A stretch of DNA of 64,000 bases from Alphaproteobacteria bacterium (GTDB lineage: Bacteria; Pseudomonadota; Alphaproteobacteria; UBA2966), in contig JABIFY010000103.1 in the NCBI GenBank assembly GCA_018650465.1, forward strand, positions 13,362-77,361, given 5' to 3'. The translations under genes and the position numbers were made by a program. The notes beneath the pieces were generated by a model that ran no database searches, was not told the origin of the DNA, and worked only from the letters and a program-made list of their open reading frames with translations. How positions within the stretch are numbered: the first letter of the stretch is position 1; each line of letters starts with the position of its first letter. Shown here in pieces: positions 54,803 through 64,000 of this stretch.

Positions 54803-54894
54803 CGTCACCCCGCAGTTGATGCGGGGTCTACGCCTAAGGATAGAGGTATCCCTCACATTGTAAGCATGGATCCCGCATCAAGTGCGGGATGACG
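54803..54894. repeat. ~90-bp double-hairpin palindromic repeat (REP/RPE-like)
   Basis: Left arm CGTCACCCCGCAGTTGATGCGGGGTCTACG, right arm CATGGATCCCGCATCAAGTGCGGGATGACG. Each arm is a hairpin and the arms are inverted copies of each other. Confidence 0.85.
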
Positions 54895-54986
54895 GAGCGC
54901 GAAGGGGATGGTTCAGTCATGAACGTCTCGTTTGAAATCAACGGGCGAATTCAACGGGCGAAATCTTCAGGTGTTAACCCGGAATT

Positions 54987-55523
54987 TTATTTCTTGCGAA
55001 AATGGTCGAGTTCGACAACGTCGGCAGAAACGAGGGCGGAGTCTTCATCAGGCTCGCTCATGTGCGACGCGTTATCGTCCTGGCCTGAGGACCCGTCAAA
55101 TTCCACGGACATGCCCGGGGTCGTCATGTTGGCATCTTCCATCTCGCCGTCTTCGACCGTTTTGAACTGCAAACCAAACTGCACACTGGGATCAGCAAAG
55201 CCGGTGATCGCCATCCATGGCACGTTGAGGAATTCGCGATTGTTGTTGAAACTGAGCATCACCGAAAAGCCGATATCGGTAATTTCCAGGTCCCAGAATT
55301 CATGCTGCAAAACGATGGTGATTTCTTCCGGATACCGGGCCCGCAAACTGTCGGGCATGATGACGCCGGGAAAACCCGAGAGGAAAGAAATATAAAAATG
55401 ATGCTCACCAGGCAGGCCATTTTCAGCCACACGTTCCAACGATTCGCGCACGACACCTTTCAGCGCCTGTTCGACGATCTCGTTATAGTTCATGTAGTCC
55501 GTGGATGTTGTGTCGTCAGTCAT
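54987..55523 (-). CDS. sspB: ClpXP adaptor SspB (alphaproteobacterial type)
   Basis: GLPGEHHFYI.F, YPEEITIVLQH.F, F.DPSV.FGLQF, C-terminal VV.LD.FRKK; adjacent to ssrA. Confidence 0.92.
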   Translation of the reverse strand: MTDDTTSTDYMNYNEIVEQALKGVVRESLERVAENGLPGEHHFYISFLSGFPGVIMPDSLRARYPEEITIVLQHEFWDLEITDIGFSVMLSFNNNREFLNVPWMAITGFADPSVQFGLQFKTVEDGEMEDANMTTPGMSVEFDGSSGQDDNASHMSEPDEDSALVSADVVELDHFRKK

Positions 55524-55749
55524 GGAAACCCGATTGCGCGCCAGAGTGAATTAAAGCGATTTAAAGAAGCGTTGTCGAAGAAATGCCATATTAAAGAGCG
55601 GGGCGCTTGAGTCGACTCCGAATCTGTCAAAAAGGCGCAAAAAGAGGCGTCAAATGGACGTAGAACAGGCGCGGTTTGGGGGCTGAATGTCTTCCGAATG
55701 CTTGGCAAATGCTACTTGATTGTTCGGCAAATGCCACATAATAACGAGG

Positions 55750-56068
55750 AAAGTGAGGGGCTTCTGTTGCCAGGTGCCCCTCGAACCCCGTGGACTCAGC
55801 TGTTAAGCTGCGACCGCAAATGCTTGACGATTGTCATTTGCATTTGTAGTGATTGACCCGGTAACGGCGGAATCATGCCGAACGAAAAATATACTTTTAC
55901 TGTGCACGTCGATCCTGTTTCGCCCCCATCAAATATAGATTCCAGAATTTAAATTACTGTTTGAATCCAACAGTTTGAATCTATATGTGGTGGAGGCGCC
56001 GGGTACCGCCCCCGGGTCCGCAACACCTATTCTGTAGACCGTTTATCGCCATAGTCGGTTGCCCGACG
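55750..56068 (-). ncRNA. ssrA: Two-piece (circularly permuted) tmRNA
   Basis: Acceptor piece ~56068-55988 ends CCGGG-GGCGGTA-CCCGG-CGCCTCC-A-CCA. A 60-nt intervening segment follows. Coding piece starts GGGGGCG at 55927 (G3-U pair), and tag frame 55841-55803 reads ANDNRQAFAVAA*. Outer ends approximate. Confidence 0.95.
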
Positions 56069-56073
56069 CCTTC

Positions 56074-56102
56074 TATATAGGGATTTTTGGCGGAAAATGG
56101 AA
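56074..56102 (-). promoter_or_regulatory. Probable ssrA promoter
   Basis: TTCCAT-N17-TATATA on the minus strand, ending about 6 nt before the acceptor piece. Confidence 0.55.
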
Positions 56103-56266
56103 GGGAATTAGCGGGGTTCAGATTTCGCATTATTCCAATGAAAAACGAAACCGCGTTAATTTCAATAAATCCCGATTTAGACACAACATGTAGTGGCCAT
56201 GCCGGTACCGGCCCGCTATATTGTCCCTCCTTTCTGGATGATTTTTGTGCTGATACGAGGGTTCCC

Positions 56267-57223
56267 ATGGGTCTCAATTCCGAACAACTGGCTGAAATTG
56301 AAGAACAAAGGGCGCAATCTGTGCCCACCAGGCGGGCCGTCTCGCCGGGTATGGAAGAAATCCTTTATGAAGCCATTCCCATACTGGATCACGGCTTTGT
56401 TCGGGTCGTCGATTACATGGGTGATGACGCCGCCATCGTACAGGCAGCGCGGGTTTCCTATGGTCGCGGCACAAAAACCCTGAACAGCGACGCAGGCCTG
56501 GTAAACTATTTGTTGCGTCATCGCCACACCACGCCGTTCGAAATGTGTGAAGTTAAATACCACATCAAATTGCCGATCTTTGTGGCCCGACAGTGGATCC
56601 GCCATCGCACCGCAAACGTCAACGAATACTCGGCTCGCTATTCAATTTTGGATAACGAATTTTACATGCCGGCCAAGGAACACCTCGCAGCACAGTCCAC
56701 GGTAAACCACCAAGGCCGAGGCGATGTGCTGAGCGGTAAGGATTCCGACCGGGTCATGGATTTACTGCGCGAAGACTCTGAGCGGGCCTATGCTGGATAC
56801 GCCGATATGCTGAATGAAGATGCGGATGGTAATCCGGTCGATGACAGCCGCCAGGGCCTCGCGCGTGAGCTCGCCCGCATGAACTTGTCGCTGAATTTTT
56901 ATACCCAGTGGTACTGGAAAACCGACCTGCATAATCTGCTGCATTTCCTGAGTTTACGGGCCGACAGTCACGCGCAATATGAAATCCGGGTCTATGCTGA
57001 AGCCATGCTGGAGACCGTCAAAAAATGGGTGCCTGCGACTTATGGCGCGTTCATGGACTATCGCGTCGGCGGCACCAATATTTCCAAAAAAGGCATGGGT
57101 GTCGTCAAACGCCTGCTGGCGGGGGAACAGGTCGACCAGAAAGAAAGCGGTATGTCAGCCCGCGAATGGCGTGAACTGATGGAAACTCTGGAACGCCCGG
57201 AACACCAGAAAAACGAGAGCTGA
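56267..57223 (+). CDS. thyX: FAD-dependent thymidylate synthase ThyX
   Basis: AARVSY, H.TPFE, RQWIRHR...NEYSARY, RELAR, HAQYEIR. Start moved to ATG 56267 (GAGG upstream). Confidence 0.95.
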   Translation: MGLNSEQLAEIEEQRAQSVPTRRAVSPGMEEILYEAIPILDHGFVRVVDYMGDDAAIVQAARVSYGRGTKTLNSDAGLVNYLLRHRHTTPFEMCEVKYHIKLPIFVARQWIRHRTANVNEYSARYSILDNEFYMPAKEHLAAQSTVNHQGRGDVLSGKDSDRVMDLLREDSERAYAGYADMLNEDADGNPVDDSRQGLARELARMNLSLNFYTQWYWKTDLHNLLHFLSLRADSHAQYEIRVYAEAMLETVKKWVPATYGAFMDYRVGGTNISKKGMGVVKRLLAGEQVDQKESGMSAREWRELMETLERPEHQKNES

Positions 57224-57231
57224 AGCCAAAA

Positions 57232-57936
57232 ATGAGCACACATATCGGCGCCAAACCCGGCGAAATCGCTGAGACCGTTCTGCTGCCGGGTGATCCCTTG
57301 CGGGCAAAATGGATCGCCGAAACTTTCCTCGAGGATGCCGTGCAATATTCAGATGTGCGCAATATGTTTGGTTATACCGGCAGCTATAATGGCAGCCGTG
57401 TGTCTGTGCAGGGAACTGGTATGGGCATGCCCTCTTGCGCCATTTATGTGCACGAATTGTTGGAAGAATACGGGGCCAAAACCCTTGTGCGCATTGGCTC
57501 TTGCGGGGCTCTGACCAAGGAAGTCGATATTCACGAACTGATCATTGCTGTCTCGTCGTCAACAGATTCCGCCATCAATAAATCTATCTTTGGGGATACG
57601 TCCTACGCCCCCACAGCGGACTTCGCGCTGACCCGCCACATCGCCGACACTGCCGACAAGATGGATCTAAAATATCACGCAGGTCCCATCGTAAGCGGTG
57701 ATGCCTTTTATCGGCCCATGGAGGGCCACCTTGATATCCTGGCCGACCACGGCGCCTTGGGTGTGGAAATGGAAAGCGCTGTTCTGTTTCGTATCGCCGC
57801 CAAATTCAAGGCCCGCGCCGCCTGCATCCTCAGCGTCTCCGACCATTTGATTACAGGCGAAGACCTGTCCTCGGAAGAACGACAGACCGGCTTCACTAAC
57901 ATGGCGAAACTGGCCCTGGAGAGTGTGACAGGATAA
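57232..57936 (+). CDS. deoD: Purine nucleoside phosphorylase DeoD
   Basis: HI.A..G.IA..VLLPGDPLRA, GMGMPS, RIGSCG, VEMES, VSDH, ERQ. Confidence 0.94.
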   Translation: MSTHIGAKPGEIAETVLLPGDPLRAKWIAETFLEDAVQYSDVRNMFGYTGSYNGSRVSVQGTGMGMPSCAIYVHELLEEYGAKTLVRIGSCGALTKEVDIHELIIAVSSSTDSAINKSIFGDTSYAPTADFALTRHIADTADKMDLKYHAGPIVSGDAFYRPMEGHLDILADHGALGVEMESAVLFRIAAKFKARAACILSVSDHLITGEDLSSEERQTGFTNMAKLALESVTG

Positions 57937-57957
57937 GCGGGAGCTACTAACGCACTT

Positions 57958-58048
57958 CATCATGCCGGACTTGATCCGGCATCTACGCCTTTGCCCAAGG
58001 GAGTGCTTTTATTCTGAAGCGTGGACCCCGCATCAAGTGCGGGGTGAC
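57958..58048. repeat. ~90-bp double-hairpin palindromic repeat (second full copy)
   Basis: Left arm CATCATGCCGGACTTGATCCGGCATCTACG, right arm CGTGGACCCCGCATCAAGTGCGGGGTGAC. Lies between convergent deoD and mrp. Confidence 0.85.
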
Positions 58049-58079
58049 AACGAAATGAAAAACAGAACTCCCAATTTCC

Positions 58080-59201
58080 TTACGAAATAACGATCTTCGG
58101 TGCGGCGGCTGCCGTGGCGGCGTTGGCTTCTTCAATTTTGACCGCGACCTTTTTGGCAATTTCGATGAAGGCCTTGCTGACGGCGTGATCGGGCTCCTTG
58201 GCTGTTAAAGGCGTGCCGGTATCTGACGTTTCACGCAAGTAAGGATCGATGGGGATTTCACCAAGGAAGTCGATGTTCTGGCGCTCAGCTTCGGCCTTGG
58301 CTCCGCCGTGACCGAAGATGTCCGTGCGGTCGCCACAATGTGGACAGACAAAATAGCTCATGTTTTCGATGATGCCGAGGGTGGGCACATTGACCTTGTC
58401 AAACATGGCGATGCCTTTGCGGGCGTCGGCCAGGGCCACATCCTGTGGGGTCGAGACAACAACGGCACCGGTTAACGGCACGCGCTGGGCCATGGTCAGT
58501 TGGGCATCACCGGTACCTGGCGGCAGATCGCAAACCAACACATCAAGATCGCCCCATTTGACGTCACGCATCAATTGCTCCAGCGCGCTCATGACCATAG
58601 GGCCACGCCAGATCATCGGCGTATCCTCAGGTACCAGAAAACCCATGGAGATCACTTCAATGCCATAATTGGACAAGGGCATCATGTATTTGCCGTCCGG
58701 GCTGTGTGGTGTACCACCAATACCCATCATGCGAGGCAGGGACGGACCGTAAACGTCCGCATCCATCAGGCCAACCTTCAGACCGGTTGCCGCCAGGCCG
58801 AGAGCCAGGTTGACCGAGACAGTAGATTTGCCGACGCCACCCTTGCCGGATGCGACGGCGATGACTGATTTGACGCCTGGGATTTCCATATCCGAAGCAC
58901 CGCCGCCGCCCTGAGGCGCTGATTGCTGCGCCTGGGGGGCCGAAGCCTCATGGGAATGAGCGGTCAATACTGCGGTGACCGACAAAACGCCCGGCAGGTC
59001 ATAAACCATATCCTCACAGGATTTGCGCACGGGTTCCATGGCTTCGCCTTGCGATGGATCGACCTCAAGTGAAAAGCCTACATGGCCTTCCTTGACCTGC
59101 AAACCCTGGATCAGGCCCAGTTCAAGGACGCTTTTTCCCGTGTCGAGAACCTTGATTTCACTGAGTGCTTCGACGACCTGTTGTTCAGTAACCGTGGACA
59201 T
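58080..59201 (-). CDS. apbC: Fe-S cluster carrier ATPase Mrp/ApbC
   Basis: N-terminal DUF59-like domain, SGKGGVGKS, DAD.YGPS, WRGPM, DLPPGTGD, ENMS...CPHC. Confidence 0.94.
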   Translation of the reverse strand: MSTVTEQQVVEALSEIKVLDTGKSVLELGLIQGLQVKEGHVGFSLEVDPSQGEAMEPVRKSCEDMVYDLPGVLSVTAVLTAHSHEASAPQAQQSAPQGGGGASDMEIPGVKSVIAVASGKGGVGKSTVSVNLALGLAATGLKVGLMDADVYGPSLPRMMGIGGTPHSPDGKYMMPLSNYGIEVISMGFLVPEDTPMIWRGPMVMSALEQLMRDVKWGDLDVLVCDLPPGTGDAQLTMAQRVPLTGAVVVSTPQDVALADARKGIAMFDKVNVPTLGIIENMSYFVCPHCGDRTDIFGHGGAKAEAERQNIDFLGEIPIDPYLRETSDTGTPLTAKEPDHAVSKAFIEIAKKVAVKIEEANAATAAAAPKIVIS

Positions 59202-59481
59202 GCTTGAAATTCTCCGCTTTTATAACGATATGTCTGATGTTGGACGGCCAGATACAAGACAAATGTCCGGTAGATATTCTGGCTGCCGACCTTATTGTGT
59301 TTCACGAGCTGCGTTGCACGTTGCGACCAGCTGTCATATAACCCGCGAGACGATGAATTCAAAGCTTTCTTAGATGTTTCTAATATAAGAATGTTTAGAG
59401 GGGCGAACGGGGAAGCAGGTTAATCAATCGGGCCTTCAATCATGGAGCCGGTTTGAACCGTATAAAAGGGACTTTATTAAG

Positions 59482-60582
59482 ATGCCATGGAGTAACAAGG
59501 GCGGCGGCTGGCAAGGCGGCGGCGGTGGAGACGGCGATGGTGGGGGCCCCTGGGGCCAGGGCGGCGGTGGACAACAGCCACCTGACCTGGAAGAAATATT
59601 GCGTCGTGGCCAGGATAACCTGAAAAAATTCATGCCAGGCGGTGGCGGCAGCGGCAAGATCGTTGTGTTGATCGGACTGGTGCTGGTTGCCTTGTGGGCC
59701 TCAAGCGGTATTTACAAGGTTGGCGCCGACGAACAGGGCGTTGTCATGCGCTTTGGTGAATATGACGGTCTGCCCAAGCCACCAGGCTTGCACTATCACT
59801 TGCCGTCACCAATTGAAACGGCTTTGACACCAAAGGTCACGCGGATCAATCGCATTGACGTCGGCTATCGCACGTCGGGTGATACCGGGCGCACGACGGC
59901 TCGGCGCGATGTATCAGAAGAAAGCCTGATGTTGACCGGTGATGAAAACATCGTTGACATCGACTTTGCGGTTTTTTGGCGCATCAAGGACGCCGGACAG
60001 TATTTGTTTAATATCGACAATCCGGAAGCCACGGTGAAAGCCACGGCGGAAAGTGCCATGCGTGAAATCATCGGCAAGACAAACATTGCCGCCGCTTTTG
60101 CCGAAGGTCGTCAGAAAATTGAACAGTCGACTCTGGAATTGTTGCAAAAGGTTCTGGACGGCTATTCCTCTGGCATCCAGGTAACGGAAGTTAAACTTCA
60201 GAAGGTTGATCCGCCGGCAGCTGTTATCGATTCATTCCGGGATGTGCAGCGCGCCAAGGCTGATGCCGAGCGTCTGCGCAACGAAGCCGAAGGTTATTCC
60301 AACGATATCCTTCCGCGTGCCCGTGGTGAAGCCGAGCAGATGATCCAGGAAGCCAGTGCCTATAAAGCTGAAGTCGTGGCCCGCGCAGAAGGTGACGCCA
60401 ACCGTTTTCTGGCTGTGTACAATGAATTTGTTCAGGCAAAAGACATAACAACAAAGCGTCTGTATCTGGAAACAATGGAAGAGGTTCTGCGTGGTATGAC
60501 CAAGATTGTCATTGACGGGAAAGGCGGACAGGGCGTTGTGCCTTATTTACCGCTGCCGGAACTGAAGAAGAGGAGCCAATAG
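59482..60582 (+). CDS. hflK: FtsH modulator HflK
   Basis: MPW, Gly-rich N-terminus with PPDLEE, one TM, SPFH domain (MLTGDENIV), RLYLETME. Confidence 0.95.
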   Translation: MPWSNKGGGWQGGGGGDGDGGGPWGQGGGGQQPPDLEEILRRGQDNLKKFMPGGGGSGKIVVLIGLVLVALWASSGIYKVGADEQGVVMRFGEYDGLPKPPGLHYHLPSPIETALTPKVTRINRIDVGYRTSGDTGRTTARRDVSEESLMLTGDENIVDIDFAVFWRIKDAGQYLFNIDNPEATVKATAESAMREIIGKTNIAAAFAEGRQKIEQSTLELLQKVLDGYSSGIQVTEVKLQKVDPPAAVIDSFRDVQRAKADAERLRNEAEGYSNDILPRARGEAEQMIQEASAYKAEVVARAEGDANRFLAVYNEFVQAKDITTKRLYLETMEEVLRGMTKIVIDGKGGQGVVPYLPLPELKKRSQ

Positions 60583-60583
60583 C

Positions 60584-61465
60584 ATGAACACTCGTTTTCT
60601 CGGTATAGTTGGCTTCCTGATTCTAATTTTGGGATTCCTTGCTTTCAGTTCTGTTTACACCGTTCATCAAACTCAACAGGCTTTGGTTCTGCAGTTTGGT
60701 AAGCCGGTGACTGTGGAAGCTACACCCGGACTAAAATTCAAGATTCCGTTTGTTCAAAATGTTGAACTTCTTGAGAACCGGATTTTGTCTTTCGATGCGC
60801 CCGCGGAAGAAATTATTGCCTCGGATCAAAAGCGTCTCGTTGTGGACAGTTTTATTCGCTACAAGATTTCCGATGCGCTGGAATTCTATAAATCTGTGTC
60901 TTCCGTTAACATTGCCCGGTCGCGTCTTTCCACCATCTTGACGTCAAGTCTGCGTCGGGTATTGGGTGGCGTTCCCCTGGCGAATGTTCTGACGGGCGAG
61001 CGCGCTGAATTGATGGAGCAAATCCGCGATTCAGTGAACAGCGAATCCCGGAGCCTTGGTATTGATGTGGTTGACGTTCGGATCAAACGTGCTGATTTGC
61101 CGGAGGCCAACAGTGCACCGGTTTATGCGCGTATGAATACCGAACGTGAGCGTGAAGCGCGGGAATACCGTGCCCAGGGTGCGGAAGTCTCACAGCGGAT
61201 TAAAGCCATCGCTGATCGTGAACGCACCATCATTATTGCTGAAGCACAAAAGCAGTCACAGATTCTGCGCGGTGATGGCGATGCCTTGTCCGTAAAGGTT
61301 TCGGCTGAAGCCTTTGGCAAGGACGTTGAATTCTATACTTTCTATCGCTCTATGCAGGCCTACCGGAATGTATTGGGCAACGGTGATACGACCATGGTGC
61401 TGTCACCTGATTCGGAATTCTTCCGTTTCTTTGGCAACATTATGGGTAAGCGTCCGGGGCAATAG
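60584..61465 (+). CDS. hflC: FtsH modulator HflC
   Basis: TM, QFG, PGL.FKIPF, DVRIKR.DLP, RM..ER, FY.FYRS..AY, LSPDSEFF. Confidence 0.95.
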   Translation: MNTRFLGIVGFLILILGFLAFSSVYTVHQTQQALVLQFGKPVTVEATPGLKFKIPFVQNVELLENRILSFDAPAEEIIASDQKRLVVDSFIRYKISDALEFYKSVSSVNIARSRLSTILTSSLRRVLGGVPLANVLTGERAELMEQIRDSVNSESRSLGIDVVDVRIKRADLPEANSAPVYARMNTEREREAREYRAQGAEVSQRIKAIADRERTIIIAEAQKQSQILRGDGDALSVKVSAEAFGKDVEFYTFYRSMQAYRNVLGNGDTTMVLSPDSEFFRFFGNIMGKRPGQ

Positions 61466-61510
61466 ATACGCCTTGACGAACTTGTCTTTACGTTTGATTC
61501 GAGGGCGGCA

Positions 61511-61696
61511 ATGAATGATTTCATCGCCGCCCTCGGTCTCGTTCTGGTGATCGAGGGCATTGTTTTTGCCCTGTTCCCGGAAGGACTGAAGCGCAAATTA
61601 ATCGCAGCTCTTGAGATGCCGTCGACAACTTTGCGGGTCTTTGGCCTTGTCGCTGCTGTTGCAGGTCTGGCAGTGGTTTGGATGGTCCGCGGATAG
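61511..61696 (+). CDS. DUF2065 family small membrane protein
   Basis: ALGLVLVIEG....FP...LR..G motif; usual position after hflC. Confidence 0.87.
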   Translation: MNDFIAALGLVLVIEGIVFALFPEGLKRKLIAALEMPSTTLRVFGLVAAVAGLAVVWMVRG

Positions 61697-61837
61697 GGAA
61701 GTCGTTGGTGTTCAAGTAATTGTGTTACAAACCAGGCAAAACTTCCTTATTTGCTTCGCGAAAAGCCTTATTATTACCATATTCAGCGCTATGATGAGGA
61801 TTAGAAATTATCCTTTTCGATACAGGAGATCACACCC

Positions 61838-63385
61838 GTGAAGGAATTCGTTATCCCCGCTCGCACCAACAAAGCACGCGCCGCCGTTGCTGAAAAGCAC
61901 TCAGGCCAAACGACAAAATTCTGGTTTTTAACTGCCTTGGCTGTTCTTGTTGTCTTCAGCTTCATGTCTGTAGCAAATGCAAGGGGGGCACCGGACAGTT
62001 TTGCGGACTTGGCGGAACGTCTGTTGCCGGCGGTCGTTAATATTTCGACCACCCAGGTTGTGCAGCAGCGTCAGCAACAAAAACGCGACGTGCCCATGCC
62101 ACAGTTTCCGCCGGGATCACCCTTTGAAGATTTTTTCAAAGATTTCTTTGATCGTCAGGAACGGGGCGACGGAAAGGGTGAAGAAGGCAAGCCGCGCTCA
62201 CGCAAGGCAACATCATTGGGGTCGGGCTTTATTATTGATCCGTCCGGTATCGTCATCACCAACAATCACGTGATCGCGGAAGCGGACGAGATCCATGTCA
62301 TTCTGACGGACGGAACGCGCCTCGAAGCCAAGCTGGTTGGCACAGACCCGAAAACGGATATCGCTGTCCTGCAGGTCAAAACGGACAAGGAATTGCCATA
62401 TGTAAAATTTGGCGTTTCAAAAAAGGCCCGTGTCGGTGACTGGGTGATGGCCATTGGCAACCCCTTTGGCTTGGGTGGCAGTGTGACGGCAGGCATTATT
62501 TCGGCCCGGTCGCGCAACATCAGCGCTGGCCCTTATGATGATTTCATCCAAACCGATGCCTCCATTAACCGGGGCAATTCAGGCGGACCGCTGTTCGACA
62601 TGGCGGGCGATGTTATTGGCATCAACACCGCAATATTTTCACCCACCGGTGGCAGTGTTGGCATTGGTTTTTCCGTGCCGTCTGACATGGCCAAAGCCGT
62701 CGTCAGCCAATTGCGCGAATTTGGCCGCACCCGACGCGGCTGGCTGGGTGTACGGATCCAGCCCGTGTCAGACGAAATCGCTGAAAGCCTCGGTTTGAAA
62801 ACAGCCAAGGGGGCGTTGGTTGCCGGTGTCTTTGATGATGGCCCGGCTCGTGAAGCAGGGATCGAGCCTGGCGATGTCATTCTCACGTTCGATGGCAAGA
62901 AAGTACCTCACGTCCGACAGTTGCCAAGAATTGTTGCAGAAACAGTTATCGGTAAAGATATTGAAGTTGAAGTTTGGCGCAAAGGTAAAACCGTCCACCT
63001 TCAGGTCCAGGTTGGAGAATTAAAAGAAGACAAGGTGGCGTCCGTAAAGCCCGTCCAAAACCAGGAAAAAACGATCACCAGTACGGTTGATGCCCTTGGT
63101 ATGACCTTGTCGGCGATCACTGATGATCTGCGCAAGCGTTATGAAGTTCAGGCCGACGTTGCAGGTGTTGTTGTCGTCAAGGTTGAGACCAATTCTGCAG
63201 CCGCTGAAAAAGGCATTCGTCCCGGAGATGTAATTGTTGAAGTCAGTCAGGAAGAGGTTTCCAGTCCCGACGAAGTGGTCAACAAGGTTACAGCTGTACA
63301 GGAATCGAAACGAAAATCAGTTTTGCTTTTGTTGCAGCGGGCCGAGGATTTACGCTTTGTCGCACTAATATTGAAGGAAAGCTGA
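61838..63385 (+). CDS. Periplasmic Do/DegP-DegQ serine endoprotease
   Basis: PAVVNI, GSGF, TNNHV, D, QTDASINRGNSGG catalytic triad; two PDZ domains. Confidence 0.94.
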   Translation: MKEFVIPARTNKARAAVAEKHSGQTTKFWFLTALAVLVVFSFMSVANARGAPDSFADLAERLLPAVVNISTTQVVQQRQQQKRDVPMPQFPPGSPFEDFFKDFFDRQERGDGKGEEGKPRSRKATSLGSGFIIDPSGIVITNNHVIAEADEIHVILTDGTRLEAKLVGTDPKTDIAVLQVKTDKELPYVKFGVSKKARVGDWVMAIGNPFGLGGSVTAGIISARSRNISAGPYDDFIQTDASINRGNSGGPLFDMAGDVIGINTAIFSPTGGSVGIGFSVPSDMAKAVVSQLREFGRTRRGWLGVRIQPVSDEIAESLGLKTAKGALVAGVFDDGPAREAGIEPGDVILTFDGKKVPHVRQLPRIVAETVIGKDIEVEVWRKGKTVHLQVQVGELKEDKVASVKPVQNQEKTITSTVDALGMTLSAITDDLRKRYEVQADVAGVVVVKVETNSAAAEKGIRPGDVIVEVSQEEVSSPDEVVNKVTAVQESKRKSVLLLLQRAEDLRFVALILKES

Positions 63386-63413
63386 TACTTGTTCCATTAG
63401 CTGGAATTGCTTT

Positions 63414-63446
63414 AAACGGCGGGGGTTTTTCCCCGCCGTTTTTTTT
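63414..63446 (+). terminator. Intrinsic terminator after the degP-like gene
   Basis: AAACGGCGGGG-gttttt-CCCCGCCGTTT stem running into a T8 tract. Confidence 0.85.
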
Positions 63447-63623
63447 GTGTTCACGGGGAATGATTTTGCTGGTCAAAAGGCGCTGACTCCCTAAAATAGG
63501 CACTCAAGTACCGGTTTAAGTCCAATGGCTCGGCCCACAATTGTGGGATTGGGCCTGACAAAAGAGATGCCGGTTGCCTCTCTATCATGTGAGGTAAATT
63601 TAATAGTTCAGGGAGATTTCTTA

Positions 63624-64000
63624 ATGAGCGACACCATCAAGTATCAGCTACCCGAAGATCAAATTCCCAAGACATGGTATAATATCGCGGCTGACCTCAA
63701 GGTCCCACAAAGTCCGGTTCTGCATCCCGGTACCGGGCAGCCAATTGGCCCCGAAGACCTGGCCCCCTTGTTTCCTATGGCCCTCATTGGCCAGGAAGTC
63801 AGCCAGGAACGCGAAATCGAAATTCCCGATCCCGTACGCGACGTCTACAAACAATGGCGCTGCACACCCTTGTTTCGCGCCCGCCGTCTTGAACAGGCCC
63901 TGGATACGCCTGCGAAGATTTATTACAAGTATGAAGGTGTCAGTCCGGCCGGTAGCCATAAACCCAATACAGCCGTGGCCCAGGCCTTTTACAACAAGGA
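63624..64000 (+). CDS. trpB2: TrpB-like PLP-dependent enzyme (TrpB2), 3' end outside window; absent from the ORF track
   Basis: Hand translation: [21 protein letters not shown]...LFPMALI.QE...[40 protein letters not shown] ribosome-binding site. Confidence 0.9.
   Translation, partial: MSDTIKYQLPEDQIPKTWYNIAADLKVPQSPVLHPGTGQPIGPEDLAPLFPMALIGQEVSQEREIEIPDPVRDVYKQWRCTPLFRARRLEQALDTPAKIYYKYEGVSPAGSHKPNTAVAQAFYNK

Noticed and set aside
55704..55734. GGCAAATGC direct repeat (22-bp period) between sspB and ssrA
   Set aside because: Only two short copies, which cannot be distinguished from chance without comparative data.
55928..56000. Integrative element inserted at ssrA
   Set aside because: No integrase in the window and no duplicated tmRNA 3' end noticed. 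thyX and sspB flank the gene directly.
55981..56328. 115-aa minus-strand ORF, and the upstream extension of thyX to 56087
   Set aside because: They overlap the tmRNA acceptor piece and its promoter. thyX homology starts near ATG 56267.
52800..58048. CRISPR array made of the palindromic repeats
   Set aside because: The copies are kilobases apart and divergent, with no regular spacers and no cas genes.
63648..63959. 103-aa minus-strand ORF at the window end
   Set aside because: It is an antisense shadow of the truncated trpB2 gene.

Overview
Alphaproteobacterial chromosome segment (two-piece permuted tmRNA, long-linker FtsZ, alpha-type SspB; probably a Rhodospirillales-like lineage). 1-25 kb: intact dcw cluster (mraZ-rsmH-ftsL-ftsI-murEF-mraY-murD-ftsW-murGCB-ddl-ftsQAZ), then lpxC, bamD, recN, ligA. 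25-35 kb: exported hypothetical protein, DUF1127 gene with a structured 3' region, prmA, uvrD, AsmA-like protein, DUF4169, FAD-linked oxidase. 35-53 kb: mixed accessory region with no integrase or transposase. It holds two class III nucleotide cyclases (one split by an in-frame TAA), radical SAM plus rsmJ, a ClC channel and TetR-NnrU-HPP, and ends in an AT-rich two-gene cassette. 53-64 kb: RHH protein, class I fumarase, sspB, ssrA, thyX, deoD, mrp, hflKC, DUF2065, degP-like, start of trpB2, with ~90-bp palindromic repeats in intergenic spaces. The best candidate for an undescribed system is the AT-rich cassette at 50216-52661. It encodes a DUF262 (GmrSD-type) protein whose HNH domain appears to have lost its catalytic residues, translationally coupled to a PIN-domain nuclease, and may be an anti-phage sensor-effector pair. 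All calls are from motif recognition by eye; no database searches were run.
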